In this document: piece after piece, positions 37,094-46,444 of the stretch | Position numbering within the stretch: the stretch's first letter is position 1 | Layout of the letters: each line of letters starts with the position of its first letter | Source of the DNA: an uncultured delta proteobacterium | GTDB taxonomy: Bacteria; RBG-13-61-14; DRUE01 | NCBI GenBank assembly: GCA_903930515.1 | Contig: CAIYYW010000313.1 | Span: 1 to 47,767 of the forward strand | DNA: 47,767 bases | Reading direction: 5' to 3' | Translations under genes and position numbers: made by a program | The notes under the pieces: generated by a model | What the model saw: only the letters and a program-made list of their open reading frames with translations | What the model was told of the DNA's origin: nothing | Databases searched by the model: none

Positions 37094-37951
37094 ATGAAAA
37101 GGATTAAAATAGCATCTCTGGCCGGGACGGTTTTTCTCTGGGTTTTCGTCTCCTGCGGCACGGACCTGAATCTCAGCCCGAGCGCGGTCCCCGACCGGTT
37201 CAATGAGAGCATAGATGGTAAAACCAAACCGATCATCCTGCCCAGGGACAAGGACCCGCAACATTTCAATTTCGTCTGGCTGACCGATATGCACATCCGG
37301 ACGGACCGGAAGGATTATATGCCCGAGTTGGGCAATATCACCGAGCATAATCGCTCCCGGTTCATTATTACCTCCGGAGACCTGACCGACGGCGGCGAGC
37401 GGGCCCAATACAATCATATCCTGGTTGAGGAAAGCCAGGACCTGAAAGTGCCGCTTTACTCCGCGCTGGGAAACCACGACCTTTTTGGAGACGGCTGGGA
37501 GGAGTTCAAGGACAAGATCGGCCCGAGCACGGCCTCTGTCAAATACGGCAACAGCCAGTTGATCATTCTGGATACCGCCACCTGCGAGGTGGGAAGGGAT
37601 CAGATGGACTGGCTCAGTGACACCCTCCATCATTCCACCGCCAAGCATAAGTTCATCTTCACCCATTTCTGCCTCTACAATAAAGTGGCGGAACTCCCGA
37701 TCATCCTCTGCGACCCCGACGAGCGCTTTGAGTTGATCGGCCTGCTCAAGAAATACCAGGTGGACTTCTACCTCTGCGGACACGGTCATTACGCGGAGGA
37801 GGTCAAAATCGGAGACACCATCCAGATCCAGGGAGCCACCGCCAGCGCCTGGAACAACCCGGTGAACTCAAAACCGGAGTATTATGTTTTCACCATTGAC
37901 GGCAACCAGGTGGACTACGACAAGGAATATTTTGAAGATATAGATTTTTAA
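37094..37951 (+). CDS. calcineurin-like metallophosphoesterase, probable lipoprotein
   Basis: Signal/lipobox VFVSCG. Metallophosphoesterase blocks LTDMH, SGDLTDGG, GNHD, GHGH. Confidence 0.8.
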   Translation: MKRIKIASLAGTVFLWVFVSCGTDLNLSPSAVPDRFNESIDGKTKPIILPRDKDPQHFNFVWLTDMHIRTDRKDYMPELGNITEHNRSRFIITSGDLTDGGERAQYNHILVEESQDLKVPLYSALGNHDLFGDGWEEFKDKIGPSTASVKYGNSQLIILDTATCEVGRDQMDWLSDTLHHSTAKHKFIFTHFCLYNKVAELPIILCDPDERFELIGLLKKYQVDFYLCGHGHYAEEVKIGDTIQIQGATASAWNNPVNSKPEYYVFTIDGNQVDYDKEYFEDIDF

Positions 37952-37970
37952 ATAAACAAGGAGCGGCGAG

Positions 37971-38741
37971 ATGAAAAAAAATCTTATCGGTTTGGTGATT
38001 TTGATCCTGGTCGCGGTTTCCGCAAAGGCGCAAGAGCAGACGGGCGCAGGGGCGCCTGCGAAAAATCCCGAGTGGGGCTATCAGTTCAAAGGGATTGATT
38101 ACAATTATGTTATCCGAACCTCCGCCAGCCTGAGCGATACCGACATCCAGCTCTCCAGCGACTACAGCTTTCATCCCACCTGGGTCAACCTCACCCCCGG
38201 GATTGAAATGGATTTTTCCAACCCCGGTCTCACCCGCTATTTCCTCCAGGAGCGGATCAACCTCTCCAAATACAACTCGGTGGTGGCAAGGATGAATCAC
38301 CTGCAATACGAGAGATGGGAAGTGGGAGCCAATTTCGTCAACCTGTATTTCCAGCAAATCCGCCCCAACCTGAGCTGGGCCTTGGGCGCCGTTTATATCG
38401 CGCAGTTATTGGATGATTGGAGGAATCCTCTCAATTTTAACGACGACCTCTATCAGCTCCGCATGCTTTATCAGGTCGGATACACCTGGAGGTTTCGCCA
38501 AAATAAGATTGACTTCAGCATCGGCGCGGAAAATTTCACCCCCTATGAAAATTACGGATACGACCAGCTCGGCCCATACTTCCAACTCGGCTATCAGATC
38601 TCCCAACGAACCCATCTCGCCGCGATGGCCGATATGAGAATGGTCGGCTTGGGAACCGCCCTCCCTCACCTGGAACGCGAAACCTATTCGCTGATGATTG
38701 ACTGGAGAAATTTGCCCAAAAAACCCAAAACCGCCCAATAG
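37971..38741 (+). CDS. hypothetical secreted protein, possibly an outer-membrane beta-barrel
   Basis: Signal peptide MKKNLIGLVILILVAVSAKAQ. Aromatic-rich alternating segments. No family recognised. Confidence 0.55.
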   Translation: MKKNLIGLVILILVAVSAKAQEQTGAGAPAKNPEWGYQFKGIDYNYVIRTSASLSDTDIQLSSDYSFHPTWVNLTPGIEMDFSNPGLTRYFLQERINLSKYNSVVARMNHLQYERWEVGANFVNLYFQQIRPNLSWALGAVYIAQLLDDWRNPLNFNDDLYQLRMLYQVGYTWRFRQNKIDFSIGAENFTPYENYGYDQLGPYFQLGYQISQRTHLAAMADMRMVGLGTALPHLERETYSLMIDWRNLPKKPKTAQ

Positions 38742-38943
38742 AGAGAAACCAGGAACGGGAAACCAGGAACGACGGACAAACCGCGGCCTCGCCCGGATGT
38801 TTGTTTGGGGACAAGCCCGGGGCATAAAACATCAGCGCTGAAAATTTCAGCCGGGCGGCACAAATTTCCGCCCAATCCGATCACCCGATCAACTTATCCC
38901 GAATCCCGGTTCCCCTGGTTGCTCGTTTGCCGTCGCTCTCATT

Positions 38944-40656
38944 CTACATTCGTTCCAGCGGCTTCACTCCCAGCAGGGTCAATCCCCGGGCCAATACTTC
39001 TCGGGTGGAATCCACCAGGAGTAACCTTGGGGCCTCGCTATCTCCGGACCCGAGCACGCGGTGGTGGTTGTAAAATTGATTGAAGGCGCCGGTCAATTCA
39101 AAGAGATAGTTGCAGATGATAAAGGGCTCGTATTCGCGCCTGGCGAGTTGGACGATTTCCGGGAATAATGACAGCTTCTTGAGCAACTCCCTGGTCTCGG
39201 GCTCGGAAAGAAAATTGAAATCAACCTCAGGACCGGGCGGTTTCCCGGCTTTTCTCAGGATGCCAAAAATACGCGCGTGGGTATATTGGAGATAGGGCCC
39301 GGTCTCGCCGTCGAAATTCAAGACCTGGTCCCAGTCAAAGCTCAGGTCCCGCTCGCGGCGGTTCTTGAAGTCATTGACCAGCAGGGCGCTGATCCCGATC
39401 TGCTCGGCCAGTTGGTCCTGGTCAACCCCCGGACTGAGCTTTCCGGCCTGGATATTCTCGGCGATTTTTTCCCGCGCCCTATCCTTGGCCTCGTCCAGCA
39501 CCTGTTCCAGGAACACCACTGCTCCTTTCCTGGTGCTCAATCCCTGGATATGCCCGAACTTGATATGATGGAGACGGTCGGTCCAGGGATACCCCATCTT
39601 CTTGAGCAAGAGGAATAACTGCCGGAAATGCAGCTCCTGCGGACGGCCCACCACATATAAGATTTCCTCCGGCTCAAATTTCTCAAACCGGTAAATCGCC
39701 GCGGCCAAATCCCGGGTGGCGTAAAGGGTTGCCCCGTCCGATTTCCTCAGTAAAACCGGGGGCAAGTCCTCCGCCACCCTCACCATTTCCACATTGTCCT
39801 CGCCGGTCTCCAGCAGACGCGCGTCCCGGAGTTGATCCAGCGCCGGCCCCATCTTGTCGTTATAGAAACTTTCTCCCCAGTAATAATCAAACTCTATCCC
39901 GAGCCGGCCGTAAACCTTCTTGAACTCCTCCAAACTCAAGTTCCGGAACCGCTCCCAGAGCTGATAGGTCTCCGGGTCCCCGGCCTCCAGCTTCTTGAAC
40001 CATCCCCGCGCTTCTTCCTGATACGCCGGATTTTCAGAGGCCTGCTTATTATAATTTATGTAGAGCTGGAGCAAATACCCGATCGGCTGTCGCTTAAGCT
40101 CATCCTCGTTCCGGTCCTTGCTCCAGGCCGAAAGCACCATCCCGAACTGGGTGCCCCAGTCGCCCAGATGGTTGATCCGGATCGGAAGGTATCCCAGGAA
40201 CTGATAGATCCGGGCCAAAGATTCTCCGATGATGGTTGAGCGGAGATGCCCGATATGGAAGGGCTTGGCGATATTGGGGGAAGAGTAATCAATCACCACT
40301 GTTTTTCCCTTGCCGGAATCAGCGGCGCCGTATTGATTTTTTTCCAGGAAAATTTTCCGCAGCAGCTTGCCGGAAAAAACCGGCAGGTCCAGGAAAAAAT
40401 TCAGATATGGGCCGTTGGGCTCGGCCCGGGAAAAAAGGGTTCCGGACAAATCCAAATCTCGCGCCAGGTCGCCGGCGATTTTGGCGGGGCTGGACTTTTG
40501 GGCTTTGCCCAGATCAAAACAGGGGAAGGCCAGGTCGCCCATTTCCGGGCGGCGCGGGGTTTCAAACAATTGCAGCGCCCGTTCCTTTTCCAGGCCGGTC
40601 CGATCCGCGAGCAATTTGGCGAGTCCGGCCTTGGCTTCCCGTAGCATCGCTTGCAT
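38944..40656 (-). CDS. argS: arginine--tRNA ligase
   Basis: DLAFPCF, SSPNIAKPFHIGHLRS (HIGH) and C-terminal anticodon-binding DALR-type region ending LERM. Start at the ATG at 40656. The listed ORF continues upstream to 41115 but overlaps the opposite-strand PilZ gene. Confidence 0.92.
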   Translation of the reverse strand: MQAMLREAKAGLAKLLADRTGLEKERALQLFETPRRPEMGDLAFPCFDLGKAQKSSPAKIAGDLARDLDLSGTLFSRAEPNGPYLNFFLDLPVFSGKLLRKIFLEKNQYGAADSGKGKTVVIDYSSPNIAKPFHIGHLRSTIIGESLARIYQFLGYLPIRINHLGDWGTQFGMVLSAWSKDRNEDELKRQPIGYLLQLYINYNKQASENPAYQEEARGWFKKLEAGDPETYQLWERFRNLSLEEFKKVYGRLGIEFDYYWGESFYNDKMGPALDQLRDARLLETGEDNVEMVRVAEDLPPVLLRKSDGATLYATRDLAAAIYRFEKFEPEEILYVVGRPQELHFRQLFLLLKKMGYPWTDRLHHIKFGHIQGLSTRKGAVVFLEQVLDEAKDRAREKIAENIQAGKLSPGVDQDQLAEQIGISALLVNDFKNRRERDLSFDWDQVLNFDGETGPYLQYTHARIFGILRKAGKPPGPEVDFNFLSEPETRELLKKLSLFPEIVQLARREYEPFIICNYLFELTGAFNQFYNHHRVLGSGDSEAPRLLLVDSTREVLARGLTLLGVKPLERM

Positions 40657-40676
40657 AGTATCTGATTTGGTTGGTT

Positions 40677-40704
40677 TTGCAAAAGCAAGAAAGCAAGATA
40701 ATAT
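40677..40704 (+). promoter_or_regulatory. candidate promoter placed to give a leaderless or near-leaderless PilZ mRNA
   Basis: TTGCAA (40677-40682), 16-nt spacer made of the direct repeat AAGCAAGA x2, TAATAT (40699-40704), then 6 nt to the ATG at 40711. No SD is visible. Confidence 0.25.
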
Positions 40705-40710
40705 AATAAG

Positions 40711-41091
40711 ATGGATCGGAAACCGGCCGACTGGCAGGGCAGGGAAAAGAGAAGGCATCCGCGCAAGGGGGTGTGGCTGGAGATTTATTACGAGCAGATG
40801 GGGGATTTCTTCAATGATTACGCGGTCAACCTGAGCCGGGGCGGATTGTTCATCAACACCCTCCGGCCGATCCCGATCGGGACCGAGATCAAACTCCGGT
40901 TCGCGGTTCCGGACAAGAGGGACGCGGTGGAAACTTCGGGAAGAGTGGTCCGGATCGTTGACCGGAACGATTCCAGCGGACATCCGCCCGGAATCGGGAT
41001 TGAATTCAACGCGCTTTCCGAACGCGATATCGTCCTGATCAACAGTTTGTGGGAAGATAGTTTGAAAGAAGCGGGAGGGAGAAGGAACTGA
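40711..41091 (+). CDS. PilZ domain protein (c-di-GMP receptor)
   Basis: RRHPR (RxxxR) followed by NLSRGG (D/NxSxxG) at canonical spacing. 126 aa. Confidence 0.8.
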   Translation: MDRKPADWQGREKRRHPRKGVWLEIYYEQMGDFFNDYAVNLSRGGLFINTLRPIPIGTEIKLRFAVPDKRDAVETSGRVVRIVDRNDSSGHPPGIGIEFNALSERDIVLINSLWEDSLKEAGGRRN

Positions 41092-41092
41092 A

Positions 41093-41644
41093 TTGAAGCG
41101 TTGCCCCAAATGCAAGATGGTGCACTCGGACGCGGACTATTTCTGCCGGAGATGCAATGTAGACCTGGCCACCGGAGAGCCGGCGCCGCTCCGGGCTATC
41201 CGCAAAAAATCTGGGGAGGAAGTCCTGCGGGAAAGAATCCGGAATTCCGGAAACCTGGTGAAGAGGCCTTTGGCCTTTCTCAATAAAACCGCGGCCAAAA
41301 TCCTGGCCAAGTTCCCGGCTCCCAAGCTGGAGCCCAAGGAGTCCGAGCAGGTGAATGCCCTGATCTATTGTATGAGCTGCGGGGGAGAGATGAAGCCGGC
41401 CGCGGTGCCGTATTACGCCGGCTGGATGATCTATCCCTTCCTGGCCCTGGCCGCGATCCTGTTCGGACTGAGCTTTATCTTCCGGGCTTTGATCATCCCC
41501 GGGATTTTGAGCGTGGCCGCTTTTGTGGTTTACCTGCGCCTGCGCGAGGAACTCTGGCTCTGCGGCGAATGCGGGAGCTATCACAAGCGGAGGAAGAAGA
41601 AGCCGAAGCCTGCTGGTCAGGGGACTGAAATCCGCCCGGCCTGA
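41093..41644 (+). CDS. zinc-ribbon membrane protein (two CxxC pairs at each end, two TM helices)
   Basis: CPKC...CRRC N-terminal ribbon, CMSC...CGEC second ribbon flanking hydrophobic segments. The TTG start is 1 nt after the PilZ stop. Confidence 0.55.
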   Translation: MKRCPKCKMVHSDADYFCRRCNVDLATGEPAPLRAIRKKSGEEVLRERIRNSGNLVKRPLAFLNKTAAKILAKFPAPKLEPKESEQVNALIYCMSCGGEMKPAAVPYYAGWMIYPFLALAAILFGLSFIFRALIIPGILSVAAFVVYLRLREELWLCGECGSYHKRRKKKPKPAGQGTEIRPA

Positions 41645-42603
41645 GACCGTGGTCCCTGGTTTTTGCTCGGAGCGTTGTCCAGCGCGGAGACCGCGTATTC
41701 AAAACCGCCCTTAAGCTTTTTGGCCTGCCGGTCAAAATATTGATTGTCTTTGATCGGTTCCGGCGTGAGCTGGTTCCAGGCATCGGCGCCCGGCCGTTTC
41801 CGATAGACCAGATACCCGAGCAGGTCCGGCTCCGGGGAATTGAACCACCTGAGCAATACCCCCTGGTCCGTAAGCGTCACCGCCAGCCCGCGCGTCCGTG
41901 CCGGGGGGATTAAGTCAACCGGAGTCGCCGACAACGCGGCGCAGGCGCTCTCCAGCTGCGGATAGTTCTTCTGGAGCAGGTCCGAGCGCAGGCAATAAAA
42001 ATATTCCTTCCCATTGTCCAGGCCCGCATCCGGGTATTTGTCCTCCGAGACCGGGCCGGGATTGATCGGCCGCCCCAAAAATTGGTCCGCCTGCGTGGAG
42101 CGATAAATATTGTAAGCGAGTCCCGGAGCCGCGCTCCAGGACAGGTCCACGAATTTATCCCCGGGCCGGGCCTGGAAATTTTCAGGCGCGGATGGGATCA
42201 GAGGCACATTGATCCAGGCGGTTTTGCCCGGCTCTCCCGCGAACCCGGATTGGGACACCCCGATCACGGCGTAGCCATATTCAAACCCGGCCTGGAGAGT
42301 GCAGTCCTGCAAACCAACCTCTTTGCCCGAAGTCTCAAAAACCTTTTCCATCCCTTGCCCGGCCGCATCCCCGCCCGCCTGTTCGGTCCGCTCGATCCGG
42401 TATTTGTCCGGCAATTCCAGCCCCGGATACTTCCAGCTTAATTCCGCGCACCGGTCCCGCGCCATAACCTTAAAGTCTTTCACCGCCGGCGGGAATATTT
42501 TTTCCGGAGGCGCCGGCGGCTTCTTGATCCCGCAGGAAAAGAAAAAAAACAGGGCGGCCGCCGGGAGCAATATTTTTCCGAAATCAGCCGGGGCAATTTT
42601 CAT
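41617..42603 (-). CDS. lipoprotein with three fibronectin type III-like repeats
   Basis: Lipobox FFFSCG. Repeated P..V..F......A.LSW...P....Y.IYR-type FN3 signatures. The ATG overlaps the argH TGA (ATGA at 42600-42603). Confidence 0.7.
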   Translation of the reverse strand: MKIAPADFGKILLPAAALFFFFSCGIKKPPAPPEKIFPPAVKDFKVMARDRCAELSWKYPGLELPDKYRIERTEQAGGDAAGQGMEKVFETSGKEVGLQDCTLQAGFEYGYAVIGVSQSGFAGEPGKTAWINVPLIPSAPENFQARPGDKFVDLSWSAAPGLAYNIYRSTQADQFLGRPINPGPVSEDKYPDAGLDNGKEYFYCLRSDLLQKNYPQLESACAALSATPVDLIPPARTRGLAVTLTDQGVLLRWFNSPEPDLLGYLVYRKRPGADAWNQLTPEPIKDNQYFDRQAKKLKGGFEYAVSALDNAPSKNQGPRSQAGRISVP

Positions 42604-43976
42604 TTTTTAACCAGGGCCTTGACCCGCTTAATCTGCTTCCTGACTTCTCCCGCCGCGGTCCCGCCCGGACCCGATTTCGCTTTTATGCTCGCTTCCAGCG
42701 AGAGCAGTTTTAAAACATCCTTCCCGAAATTCCCGCTCGCGGCTTGGAATTCCTTCAAGCTCAGGTCCTCAAACCGCTTTCCCGTTTCCTCGCAGGAGCG
42801 GACCAGCCGGCCCACGGCCTGATGCGCCTGCCGGAACCCCATTCCCTTTTTCACCAGGTAGTCGGCCAGGTCGGTGGCCAAAATAAACCCGCTCCGGCAG
42901 GAACGCAGCATCGCCTCCCGGTCCGGCCTCAATCCCGCGATCAGGAGCCTTGCGATCTCCAGGGATGATTTCAGCGTGTCCGCGCAATCAAACACCGCTT
43001 CCTTGTCCTCCTGAAAATCCCGGTTGTAAGCGAGGGGAGTGCCTTTCATCATCGCCAGCAAAGAAACCAAATCACCGAACACCCTCCCGCTTTTTCCCCG
43101 AACCAGTTCCGCGGAATCGGGATTTTTCTTGTTCGGCATCATGCTGCTTCCGGTGCAGAGCGATTCCGACAGCTCAAAGAACCCGAACTCGTCCCTGCTC
43201 AGCCAGACCAGCTCCTCGCAGAGCCGGCTCAAATGCAGCATCAAGATGGAACCGGCCGAGACAAACTCTATCAAGAAATCCCGGTCCGAAACCGCGTCCA
43301 GGCTGTTTTGGGTGATGCCTTTGAAACCGAGCGATTTGGCCAGGAAAGTCCGGTCAAGACCATAATTGCTCCCGGCCAGCGCCCCCGACCCGAGCGGGCA
43401 GAGATCGGTCCTTTGATATACCTCGCCGAATCGCTCCCGGTCGCGGAGCAACATCTCCGCGTAAGCCAAAAGCCAGTGCGAGAACAGGATCGGCTGGGCC
43501 GCGCGGGTGTGGGTGAACCCGGGCATAATCAATCCCAGATGCTTCTCCGCCTGTTTCGCCAGTTCTCCGATCAACTCCCGGAGCAACCCGTCCATCCCCC
43601 GGAGCTGGTCCTTGAGCCAGAGCCGCTCGTCGTTCACGACCAGATCGTTCCGGCTCCGGCCCGTATGCAGCTTGCCCGCGGCCTCCCCGATCAGCTCAAA
43701 CAGCCGCGCCTCTATATTCATATGCACATCCTCGCGCTCCGGACGGAACCGGAATTTGCCCTCCCGGATTTCACCCTCAATCCGGTTCAGGCCCTTTTTA
43801 ATTTTGGCCGCGTCCGCCCTGCCGATGATCCGGTTGCGACAAAGGGTCTCAATATGCGCAAGCCCGGACCGGAGATCGTAAAGAGCCAGCCGTTGATCGT
43901 AGCTCACGCTCTCGCTGAATTGCTCCAGCTTCCGATCCGTCCCCTGCTTGAACCTCCCCGACCAGGCCTTCTTCAT
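42600..43976 (-). CDS. argH: argininosuccinate lyase
   Basis: WSGRF, TGRSRNDLV, GSSMMPNKKNPD (fumarate-lyase signature). 458 aa. Confidence 0.93.
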   Translation of the reverse strand: MKKAWSGRFKQGTDRKLEQFSESVSYDQRLALYDLRSGLAHIETLCRNRIIGRADAAKIKKGLNRIEGEIREGKFRFRPEREDVHMNIEARLFELIGEAAGKLHTGRSRNDLVVNDERLWLKDQLRGMDGLLRELIGELAKQAEKHLGLIMPGFTHTRAAQPILFSHWLLAYAEMLLRDRERFGEVYQRTDLCPLGSGALAGSNYGLDRTFLAKSLGFKGITQNSLDAVSDRDFLIEFVSAGSILMLHLSRLCEELVWLSRDEFGFFELSESLCTGSSMMPNKKNPDSAELVRGKSGRVFGDLVSLLAMMKGTPLAYNRDFQEDKEAVFDCADTLKSSLEIARLLIAGLRPDREAMLRSCRSGFILATDLADYLVKKGMGFRQAHQAVGRLVRSCEETGKRFEDLSLKEFQAASGNFGKDVLKLLSLEASIKAKSGPGGTAAGEVRKQIKRVKALVKK

Positions 43977-44199
43977 CTTCTTCTCCTTTAATTCCTTCCC
44001 CCGATTTTAAACTGGAAACCCGGTCCAGGTCAATTCCCGGACGGATCTTTTGTATTGCCAAAACGAAAATGTCATCCCCTGACTACAAAGAGATTTGGCA
44101 CGACAACCAAAATTGCGGGGCGCAAGAAACGAGGAAAAAATGGCGAGGGTGAGCCGTGACTTGGTAATTCGGCAAACCGCTTACTGCCTACGGGAGCGG

Positions 44200-44544
44200 C
44201 TAAGCCTTGGCCCTTGGAACCTTGTCCGCCATTACATAGGCGTCCACTGTCGCGTAAACCCAGACCACCATAACCACCGCGAGCAGCCACCAGTTCTGCG
44301 CCCAGGCCTGGTTGTGGAGATGGGCGATCAGTTTCGGATCAAGGTTGAGCGCAGCGACATCCTCCGCCCCCTCCGGCAGGATGGTGTGATAGGTCAGCAA
44401 AAAGATCCTGACCATCAGCCAGCTCAAGAGCGCCGCAATCGCCACGATCAGGCCCGCTCCTTTGGCGCGCTCTTTGTTGTATAATTGCCCCATCCCCGGG
44501 CAGGCCAGCCCGCTTAATAATGCGGCTTTGACTGGGGGGTTCAT
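44200..44544 (-). CDS. small integral membrane protein, function unknown
   Basis: LLSGLACPGMGQLYNKERAKG motif plus two further hydrophobic helices. The start overlaps the upstream CoA-transferase B stop. Confidence 0.5.
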   Translation of the reverse strand: MNPPVKAALLSGLACPGMGQLYNKERAKGAGLIVAIAALLSWLMVRIFLLTYHTILPEGAEDVAALNLDPKLIAHLHNQAWAQNWWLLAVVMVVWVYATVDAYVMADKVPRAKA

Positions 44545-45398
44545 AATTCGGCTTTGCCCGCCTCGGCCGGCTTTTGTTTCGCAGCCTGCTTCTTGGCCGC
44601 GGCCTGGATCGTGAGCGAGAGCGACAATTTTCTTCCCGCGGTCAGGGTCGGGTCAAAGACGCGGACAAAATCAATCGCTTCCTGCGGAGGGACCGGCGTG
44701 GTGTTCAGGTTGTCCGCGATTTTCAGTTTCCAGGGAACATCCTTCCGCACATCTTCCGCGTTCACCCCCGGATGCAGCGATACCAAAGTCAGCTCGCGCT
44801 CCGGGGCCGGGAAATGGAAAACGGCCTTGGTGCTGATCAAAACCTCCGGACCGGTTTCCGGAAGACCGGCGCGTTTCCTGCTGTCGCCCCCCGCGAGCCA
44901 GCCGGGGGTGGTGAAATAATCCAGCTTGTTGACAAATTTTCCGCCCCGCATGGTGAGCACCACCCGCTTGGCGTATAGCGCAAAGTCCGGCGCGCCCCCC
45001 GCTCCCATCATCCTCATTTTGGGATGACGGTAGTCGCCGATCGCGGTGGAGTTCATATTGCCGAACTTGTCAATCTGTCCCACCCCCAGGAAGCAGAGGT
45101 CCACAAAACCGCGGTTGAGGATGGTGGTGAAAATATCCATCAGGTCGCACGAGTAACTGTAGCCGCGGGTGCAGGTCGGGTCCGCGATGTGGAGGGGAGA
45201 GCGGAAGGGCGCCACATCCACCAGACCGGCCTCGGTCATAAGCACGGCGTTCGGGGCGTGGAAAGTTTTGGCCAGCGAGCAGGCCACGATCGGGATGCCC
45301 TGTCCCATCACCACCTTGTCCCCGTCCTGGATTTCCAGGGCCGCGTTATAGATCATCAGCTCCGAGAGCGTGAACCTTATTTTTCTTCTATTTCCCAT
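44541..45398 (-). CDS. CoA-transferase family I, subunit B (glutaconate CoA-transferase GctB-like)
   Basis: Pairs with the subunit A gene upstream. GQGIP, LTEAG and GAGGAPDF blocks. ~285 aa. Confidence 0.82.
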   Translation of the reverse strand: MGNRRKIRFTLSELMIYNAALEIQDGDKVVMGQGIPIVACSLAKTFHAPNAVLMTEAGLVDVAPFRSPLHIADPTCTRGYSYSCDLMDIFTTILNRGFVDLCFLGVGQIDKFGNMNSTAIGDYRHPKMRMMGAGGAPDFALYAKRVVLTMRGGKFVNKLDYFTTPGWLAGGDSRKRAGLPETGPEVLISTKAVFHFPAPERELTLVSLHPGVNAEDVRKDVPWKLKIADNLNTTPVPPQEAIDFVRVFDPTLTAGRKLSLSLTIQAAAKKQAAKQKPAEAGKAEL

Positions 45399-46444
45399 TC
45401 CATGACCTCCCCCTGTTTTTCCAAAACCTGGTCAAATTCCGAACGGGTCATACCCAAAGCTTCCGAATATCCGCGCTCGTCCCAGACCGAGAAATTGGCC
45501 GAGCCCAGATCAGCCGGGTAGCTCGGATGCGTGCGCGCGCGCAGCCTGCTTAACGGGGCCTGACCAAACCGCTCCACATAATGAGCGAGGTATTCGGCGC
45601 GGCCCGCGCAATCGTAAACCCATTCCTTGAGAAAAGACTGCATGCTCACCGCCGTGATGTTGTGCATGAAAAACATCGCCCGGAAGCCGTAGTCGGTGTT
45701 GTATGCCCCGAGCGCCTCAGCCGGATGCGCCCCCCACGGCTCCTCCACCACCGCGTCCACCCGGAAGCCCGGGATCAAGGTCAAATGCGGGCTGAACCGG
45801 ACCACATCGTGGTCAACGATCTGCTCCGTGCTCACGATGATCTTCTTGCACGCGAGCGACGCCCACTTGCTGTTGCCGATGCTTCCCCAATACTGCGCGT
45901 TCCCCTCCCGGTCGCAGCGCTGAACATGGATCAACGCCACATCCGGGTTAGCCCCCTTCACCACCACCGTGTCCTCTCCCGAGAACGGGTCCTTCACCAC
46001 CTTGAACTTCTCGCCGCCCAAAATGGTGGAAATCTTGAAAATATCGGTCTCGCGGATGCCTTTCAAAACCGGAATGAAATTGTAGCCCATGGCCCCGGCC
46101 CAGAGCATGGCCAGAACCGCGAAGTTGGAAAGGTCTTCAACCTCCAGACGGCCCTCATTGAGCGCCCGATCAAATTCCCCGTTCGCCCACTCGCCCCCCG
46201 CCCGGAAGTTGTAAGCCGTGATGATCTTTTTGGTGCAGCCCGCGCCGATCAACAGGTCCAGCTCTTCAATCCCGCTCTGGCTCCAGACCAGCAGGTCCTT
46301 CTTTTTCTGCCGGATCAGCTCGTGGATCAGAGCGAACGGAGTGGAGTGGAGAAAGTTGGCGATGGAAATGGAACACCCGTCCGGAACAAATTTCCCGATC
46401 GCATCGGCCGCAGTCATAACCTTGGATACCTTTACATCTCCCAT
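45377..46444 (-). CDS. CoA-transferase family I, subunit A (GctA-like)
   Basis: AADAIGKFVPDGCSISIANF N-terminal block. ~355 aa when started at the ATG at 46444. The listed upstream extension to 46564 has no protein-like character. Confidence 0.82.
   Translation of the reverse strand: MGDVKVSKVMTAADAIGKFVPDGCSISIANFLHSTPFALIHELIRQKKKDLLVWSQSGIEELDLLIGAGCTKKIITAYNFRAGGEWANGEFDRALNEGRLEVEDLSNFAVLAMLWAGAMGYNFIPVLKGIRETDIFKISTILGGEKFKVVKDPFSGEDTVVVKGANPDVALIHVQRCDREGNAQYWGSIGNSKWASLACKKIIVSTEQIVDHDVVRFSPHLTLIPGFRVDAVVEEPWGAHPAEALGAYNTDYGFRAMFFMHNITAVSMQSFLKEWVYDCAGRAEYLAHYVERFGQAPLSRLRARTHPSYPADLGSANFSVWDERGYSEALGMTRSEFDQVLEKQGEVMEWEIEEK

Noticed and set aside
38746-38773. Direct 14-nt duplication GAAACCAGGAACG(G/A) just after the 37971..38741 CDS, and nearby small palindromes (GCTGAAAATTTCAGC at ~38838-38852).
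   Set aside because: These are short, isolated and lie in a convergent intergenic region. No U-tract or recognisable binding-site architecture is present. They are noted only as possible weak terminator structures.
40657-41115. 153-aa N-terminal extension of the argS ORF as listed (38944..41115).
   Set aside because: The extension has no ArgRS-like sequence and overlaps the opposite-strand PilZ gene, which has canonical motifs. The ATG at 40656 gives a normal ~570-aa ArgRS N-terminus.
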